Assembly: GCF_009914755.1 (NCBI RefSeq)
Contig: NC_060948.1
Source: the human T2T-CHM13v2.0 reference genome, Homo sapiens
DNA length: 64,000 nucleotides
Reading direction: 5' to 3' (one strand)
Under the pieces are notes generated by a model. The model worked only from the letters and a program-made list of their open reading frames with translations, did no database searches and was not told the origin of the DNA. Shown piece after piece: positions 57,223 through 64,000 of this stretch. Position 1 is the stretch's first letter; each line of letters begins with the position of its first letter. The position numbers were made by a program, and so were the translations under genes.

Positions 57223-57651
57223 TTATGAAGGCATTTGAACCACAGATGGGGCCGTTTTACAAATAGCACGGTCTTTGTGAGGGGGAAACGCATGGCCACA
57301 GATTCGATGAGCTTCTGCTGCTTCCCTTTGTGTTGAAAACGTGGGTGTTCCTTCACACCAACACTGGAAATAAATAAATACCTATTGATCTGTGCATCTC
57401 TTACGCGTTTCCAATTCTGTTGGCTTATGCTGTGGGTCAGAAAAGAAGCGACACCGACAACATTTGGGGACTTGACCCTGTTTGCATTGCGGCATGTTTG
57501 AAACATTTTTTAATGGAAATTTGGGAATAGAGGGCCGGGCGTGGTGGCTCAGGCCTGTAATCCCAGTACTTTGAGAGGCCGAGGTGGGCGGATCACAAGG
57601 TCAGGAGATCAAGACCATCCTGGCTAACACGGTGGAACCCCATCTCTACTA

Positions 57652-57978
<327 letters not shown>

Positions 57979-58156
57979 TCACCTCTCTGCATTCTGAGGG
58001 AGGTAGAAGGGGGGACAGGAGAGCCAATTCAACCTGAGAAGGATGATCGGTGGAGGTGGGTAAAGGAAGAAAGTCCCCTTTCCCTAGGTACTGAAAAGAT
58101 GCTAATCTGCTGAGATTCTCTGTATTTATTTTTATTTATTTTAATTTTTATTTTGA

Positions 58157-58369
<213 letters not shown>

Positions 58370-58474
58370 TGATCCGCCCGCCTGGGCCTCCCAAAGTGGT
58401 GGGATTACAGGTGTGAGCCACCATGCCCAGCCTCTGCATTTATTTTTATTTATTTATTTTTATTTTTATTTTGA

Positions 58475-58766
<292 letters not shown>

Positions 58767-59157
58767 TGATGAGTTTGGGGGCAGTTATAAATAAGAATCT
58801 TATTTTCACAGATGCACGTACTTTTTTTTTTTTTATAGAAAGAGCTTCCATGTGCGTGTTCCTCAGTGTTTAGGGAGAAGAAAGCAACCCTTAAAATAGA
58901 GGAAAATGAAGCTGCTTGGATTACCCTGTTGAAGTTCATCTCTGCCTGTGCCATGCATGAAAAAATACTGGCAAAGTCTTCACTTACATGAGTGTTAGAC
59001 TCCATGTTCCCAGTGGGTCTCGGGGTTCAGAACTGAGTGCTCTCATCCAAGCAATAGGAGCGTCGACCTCAGGAAAGCCCAAGTGTTTTGTGTGTATTTT
59101 GAGGAGTGGGTTATCTGTTGCACTGAGCCTCTCTGTGTATTTTCTTCTTCTTTTCAG

Positions 59158-59214
59158 CAGAACAAGGGGAGGTGGACATGGAGAGCCACCGGAATGCCAA
59201 CGCAGAGCCAGCTG
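59158..59214 (+). CDS. CD99: CD99 exon 9 (57 nt) (A)EQGEVDMESHRNANAEPA
   Basis: TTTTCAG|CAG tandem acceptor; donor CTG|GTAAGA. Confidence 0.97.
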
Positions 59215-59460
59215 GTAAGAAGGACGGGGAACGATGGCTTGCACACGTGGCCAGTGTTCCCATTTTATCTTCTCCATCCTCTCCCATCTTGCTGTCCTGC
59301 TCACATTCTCAAATTTGGTTGCATGGCTTTGAATGTCTTCCTTTATGTCTCGTTGCTTTGGAGGGATACTTTCAAAAGACAATGAATGTGTAAACTTCCT
59401 AGGGCCTGGGCCTTCAGAGAAGACCTATATGTGCCTAAGTCTCTGTTTAACAAAATATTA

Positions 59461-59759
<299 letters not shown>

Positions 59760-59793
59760 TTAAAAGCCCATCTCCTGAAATATAACTCGTTAA

Positions 59794-60015
<222 letters not shown>

Positions 60016-60940
60016 TAGGTTGCCCAGACAGGGTCTCACTATGTTGCCCATCCTGAGCTCAAGCAACCCTCCGACCTCAGCTTCCCAGAGTGCTGGGGTT
60101 CTAGGCGTGAACTACCGCACCCAGCCTGCTATCACCTTCTAAAAATCCTCTCAACCAGGTGGAAAATGTGGTTAAGAAGAGACTTTAATTCGTGAGAAAC
60201 TTCTCAGGGTAAAAGGCAGGCATTTTGCCATCAGAACCACTTTTGAAAATGGCAAGAAAAAAATGTGTGTGTGTATATGTGCGTGTATTTTTTTATTTTG
60301 TTTGTGCATACATTGGAACCTTCTCATTTGCCTGAGAGATGCAGTGCTTATTTTTAATAGCAGCTGTCAAATTGAGAGGGATTTTTAATGAAATGATTTA
60401 AAATATTTTAATTTTTTTTCTTTTTGAGATGGAGTGTCTCTCTGTCACCCAGGCTGGAGTGCAGTGGTGCGACCTCTGCTCACTGCAACCCCTGCCTCCC
60501 AGTGTCAAGTGATTCTCCTTCCTCAGCCTTCTGAGTAGCTGAGACCACAGGCACCCGCCATCATGCCCCACTAATTTTCTTTCTGTTTTTACTAGAGACG
60601 GGGCTTTCGCCATGTTGGCCAGAGTGGTCTCGAACTCCTGACCTCAAGTGATCTGCCCACCTTGGCCTCCCAAAGTGCTAGGATTACAGGCATGAGCCAC
60701 CGTGCCTGGCATTCCATTTTAAAGATAGAGACTTCTACAAAGTTAGTGTCTCGCCAGACGCGGTGGCTAATGCCTGTAGTCCCAGCACTTTGGGAGGCTG
60801 AGGTGGGCGGATCACCTGAGGTTGGGAGTTCGAGACCAGCCTGACCAACATGGAGAAACCACGTCTCTACTAAAAATTAAAAAAAAAAAAAAAAAAAAAA
60901 ATTAGCCAGGCATCGTGGCGCATGCCTGTAATTCCAGCTA

Positions 60941-61081
<141 letters not shown>

Positions 61082-61737
61082 TTAGTGTCTTGTTGACTGC
61101 TCTTTCGAGTCAGGGAAAGATGTTTAGAACAAGCTATATCTTAAAGAGAAAAGGAAGATTCCTTCTGCCCACTGCAATGAAGTTGTCTGGCTTCATTAGC
61201 CAGTACATTGGTATATGTGTGTGGAGCCCTCGTGACTTGAAGGGCGTGGCATTCCAGTGTTTTCTGCCACCATTGTTCTTAATTCCTTCTTCCAAATCCC
61301 AGCTTCTCCCTCCAAAATAGTTTTAAGACTGACATGCAGAATAAAGTTTCCAAAACTTAAATGAATGGACCAGAAAATCTCAGCCCAGCATCATTGCAAA
61401 TCAATAAAAACTGCACACTCTCATTTAGAAGATTTATTCTTCCATTTGGTAAGTTATAGGCATTTGTTAGTGTCTCTGTGACGTCGTTAGTGGAAATTGC
61501 CTTCTGCTGTTTTCCTTCTGCTTTTTCTGCAGCATCCATTTTTTTTAATGAATGGCATCATTCAATGAAATTGATTGAATTGATTGAGATTTAGGGTTTT
61601 GCTTTCTCGTGATGAGTTTTGGGCCCATTTTTCTTATGCAGAAATAAAACCACTGGCTCCTGAAAGTTGTAGGAACTGTGTCCACGTGAGTGCTCAGGGA
61701 CCTGGGAATGACTTTCTTTTGTCTCTGTCTCCCACAG

Positions 61738-61763
61738 TTCAGCGTACTCTTTTAGAGAAATAG
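61738..61763 (+). CDS. CD99: CD99 exon 10 coding part (V)QRTLLEK-stop
   Basis: CCCACAG acceptor; TAG at 61761-61763 closes the 186-codon frame. Confidence 0.97.
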
Positions 61764-62270
61764 AAGATTGTCGGCAGAAACAGCCCAGGCGTTGGCAGCA
61801 GGGTTAGAACAGCTGCCTGAGGCTCCTCCCTGAAGGACACCTGCCTGAGAGCAGAGATGGAGGCCTTCTGTTCACGGCGGATTCTTTGTTTTAATCTTGC
61901 GATGTGCTTTGCTTGTTGCTGGGCGGATGATGTTTACTAACGATGAATTTTACATCCAAAGGGGGATAGGCACTTGGACCCCCATTCTCCAAGGCCCGGG
62001 GGGGCGGTTTCCCATGGGATGTGAAAGGCTGGCCATTATTAAGTCCCTGTAACTCAAATGTCAACCCCACCGAGGCACCCCCCCGTCCCCCAGAATCTTG
62101 GCTGTTTACAAATCACGTGTCCATCGAGCACGTCTGAAACCCCTGGTAGCCCCGACTTCTTTTTAATTAAAATAAGGTAAGCCCTTCAATTTGTTTCTTC
62201 AATATTTCTTTCATTTGTAGGGATATTTGTTTTTCATATCAGACTAATAAAAAGAAATTAGAAACCAAGT
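61764..62270 (+). other. CD99: CD99 3' UTR (~500 nt)
   Basis: Lies between the stop codon and the AATAAA plus downstream U-rich element. Confidence 0.85.
62246..62251 (+). terminator. Polyadenylation signal AATAAA (variant ATTAAA also at 62166-62171)
   Basis: AATAAA followed ~20 nt later by a T-run and a GT-rich downstream element. Confidence 0.88.
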
Positions 62271-62477
62271 ACTTTTTTTTTTTTACTTAAATATTTTGCC
62301 GTGGGTGGATGTTAAAGAAGGCCGTGGTAATTTACAGGATGGGTTCCAAGTTCTCTTCTTCTGGGGCTTTAAGGCAGATTTCCAGCCTAAATGCTAGCTC
62401 TTTATTTCCAAAATGTCCTTGTTGGGCTCTTTTCCTTTCCCGTGTCCTGCCACATCGGGATGGGTACTCTTCTGCAC

Positions 62478-62640
62478 CCAGATACTCCCAGCCAGATACT
62501 CTCCTCCATCCAGATACTCTGTTTCCAGATACTCTCCCTGCAGCTAGTTATCCCCTTGAGTCCAGATGCTGCCTGCTTCCAGATACTCCTCTGTATCCAG
62601 ATACTCCTCTAAATCCAGGTACTCCCTACATCCAGATACT
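62478..62640 (+). repeat. Degenerate ~17-18-bp repeat with a CCAGATACT core (7 exact + 2 variant copies)
   Basis: Exact cores at 62478, 62492, 62510, 62525, 62579, 62597 and 62632; variants at 62562 and 62615. Confidence 0.88.
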
Positions 62641-62973
62641 GTACTTCCTAAGATGTACAAGATGTACCGCATTTTCCCAACACTGAAGACTTGACCACAG
62701 CTTAAGTGGGTTGGTTAAATACATTATGGCCCAGATTGCAATGGATCTTCTGCCTTGTTAAAAAGAATGAATGAGTCAAGGGTCTTTTTGTTTACTGACA
62801 CTGCCTAGCATGTATTGAAGCTCAGTAAACACTTGCAGAATAAATCACAGAAAAGCCTCTCTCCTTAAGAAGTTAAGAGATTGGCTCTGATACCAACAAC
62901 TACCATACTATTCCAAATACTATTATTTCAAAAATTTATAAAGTATTTTATTCTATGTTCTATTAGCCATTAA

Positions 62974-63285
<312 letters not shown>

Positions 63286-63597
63286 TAAGTAACTTTTTAA
63301 TCATCATTCCCAAAATCATAGGACTTTCTTTACATAGAAGTTCCAAAATAATGAAACAAAAGACTTGTTTTACCCAGGTATTTAATGATCCAACAAGCCG
63401 TATAATTTAAACTCTATTTTTCAAGTAACCCACTTTCAATAAAATCATGTTTATTTTTATGTCCATGAGAAATTAAAATCAGTCATCTACAAAGATGGAC
63501 ATCCACCCTCCACAAAAAAATAAGTCTTGTTGACACATTTCTTGGAAGTATAGATTTATTTATAAGTAAGCCCTAATTTGACATATCTAAAAAAATA

Positions 63598-63634
<37 letters not shown>

Positions 63635-64000
63635 ATTCTTCTTTTTACTCTTCTGCTTCTTGTTTAATGAGCCATTTCTGTGGATAGTATGATTACAATG
63701 AGCCATTTGTGTGGATGGTATGATTATAATACTTACAAAAATGTCAGTGTTATTCATAGAATGACAACAGATTTAATGCATTTTTTCTTTTTTTTATTCT
63801 AAAGTTAGTCAATGTGAAGAATCTGACCTCAAAGACAATTCTTGATAATTCATTGGGGAGGACTAGAAACACCACCCTCTAACTTTATAACGTGTCATTG
63901 GTCACTCAGCAAAGCGGCCAGGCATGCTGGTTTATCCAGCTTTCAGCCCTTGAAGATTCACCAGACTAAGGATTAAGTGAAAAAGAATATCTGCCACCTA

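Noticed and set aside
62177-62220. GTAAGC...TTTGTAG mini-intron-like segment in the 3' UTR
   Set aside because: Only 44 nt, below the practical minimum human intron size. Use of the donor alone (e.g. read-through splicing downstream) cannot be judged from sequence.
62478-62640. CRISPR-like repeat-spacer appearance
   Set aside because: 9-bp cores with short related spacers in human DNA and no cas genes; a degenerate minisatellite.

Overview
Human (primate) genomic DNA, very Alu-rich, with no prokaryotic features. The window holds the whole CD99 (MIC2) gene on the + strand; CD99 is established to lie in pseudoautosomal region 1 of X/Y. I reconstructed 10 coding exons from GT-AG junctions: 12318-12384, 35385-35417, 38572-38619, 40626-40670, 41321-41389, 43594-43641, 44281-44331, 47227-47340, 59158-59214 and 61738-61763. 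Together they give 558 nt, the 185-aa protein MARGAALALL...VQRTLLEK. The 18-nt alternative exon that makes the short type II isoform is at 54318-54335. Also present are a CpG-island promoter and a poly(A) signal at 62246. The rest is transposon remnants (Alu, L1, MER4-type LTR, MaLR LTRs, MER82, Tigger1, MADE1, MER1, MER20, MER5) and large low-complexity arrays. Almost all ORFs in the supplied track are artefacts of repeats or GC-richness. I found no new protein-coding system. The most unusual structures are (1) a ~208-bp MADE1-Alu chimeric palindrome in intron 8, (2) a diverged ~200-bp tandem duplication in the promoter carrying paired STAT/Sp1 motifs near kB-like sites, (3) an all-phase-1 modular exon layout with inverted Alu pairs around skippable exons, and (4) long sense-strand YCAY, CA and CU arrays that could bind RNA-binding proteins. 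Exon coordinates are exact; repeat boundaries and subfamily names are approximate and come from recognition, not alignment.
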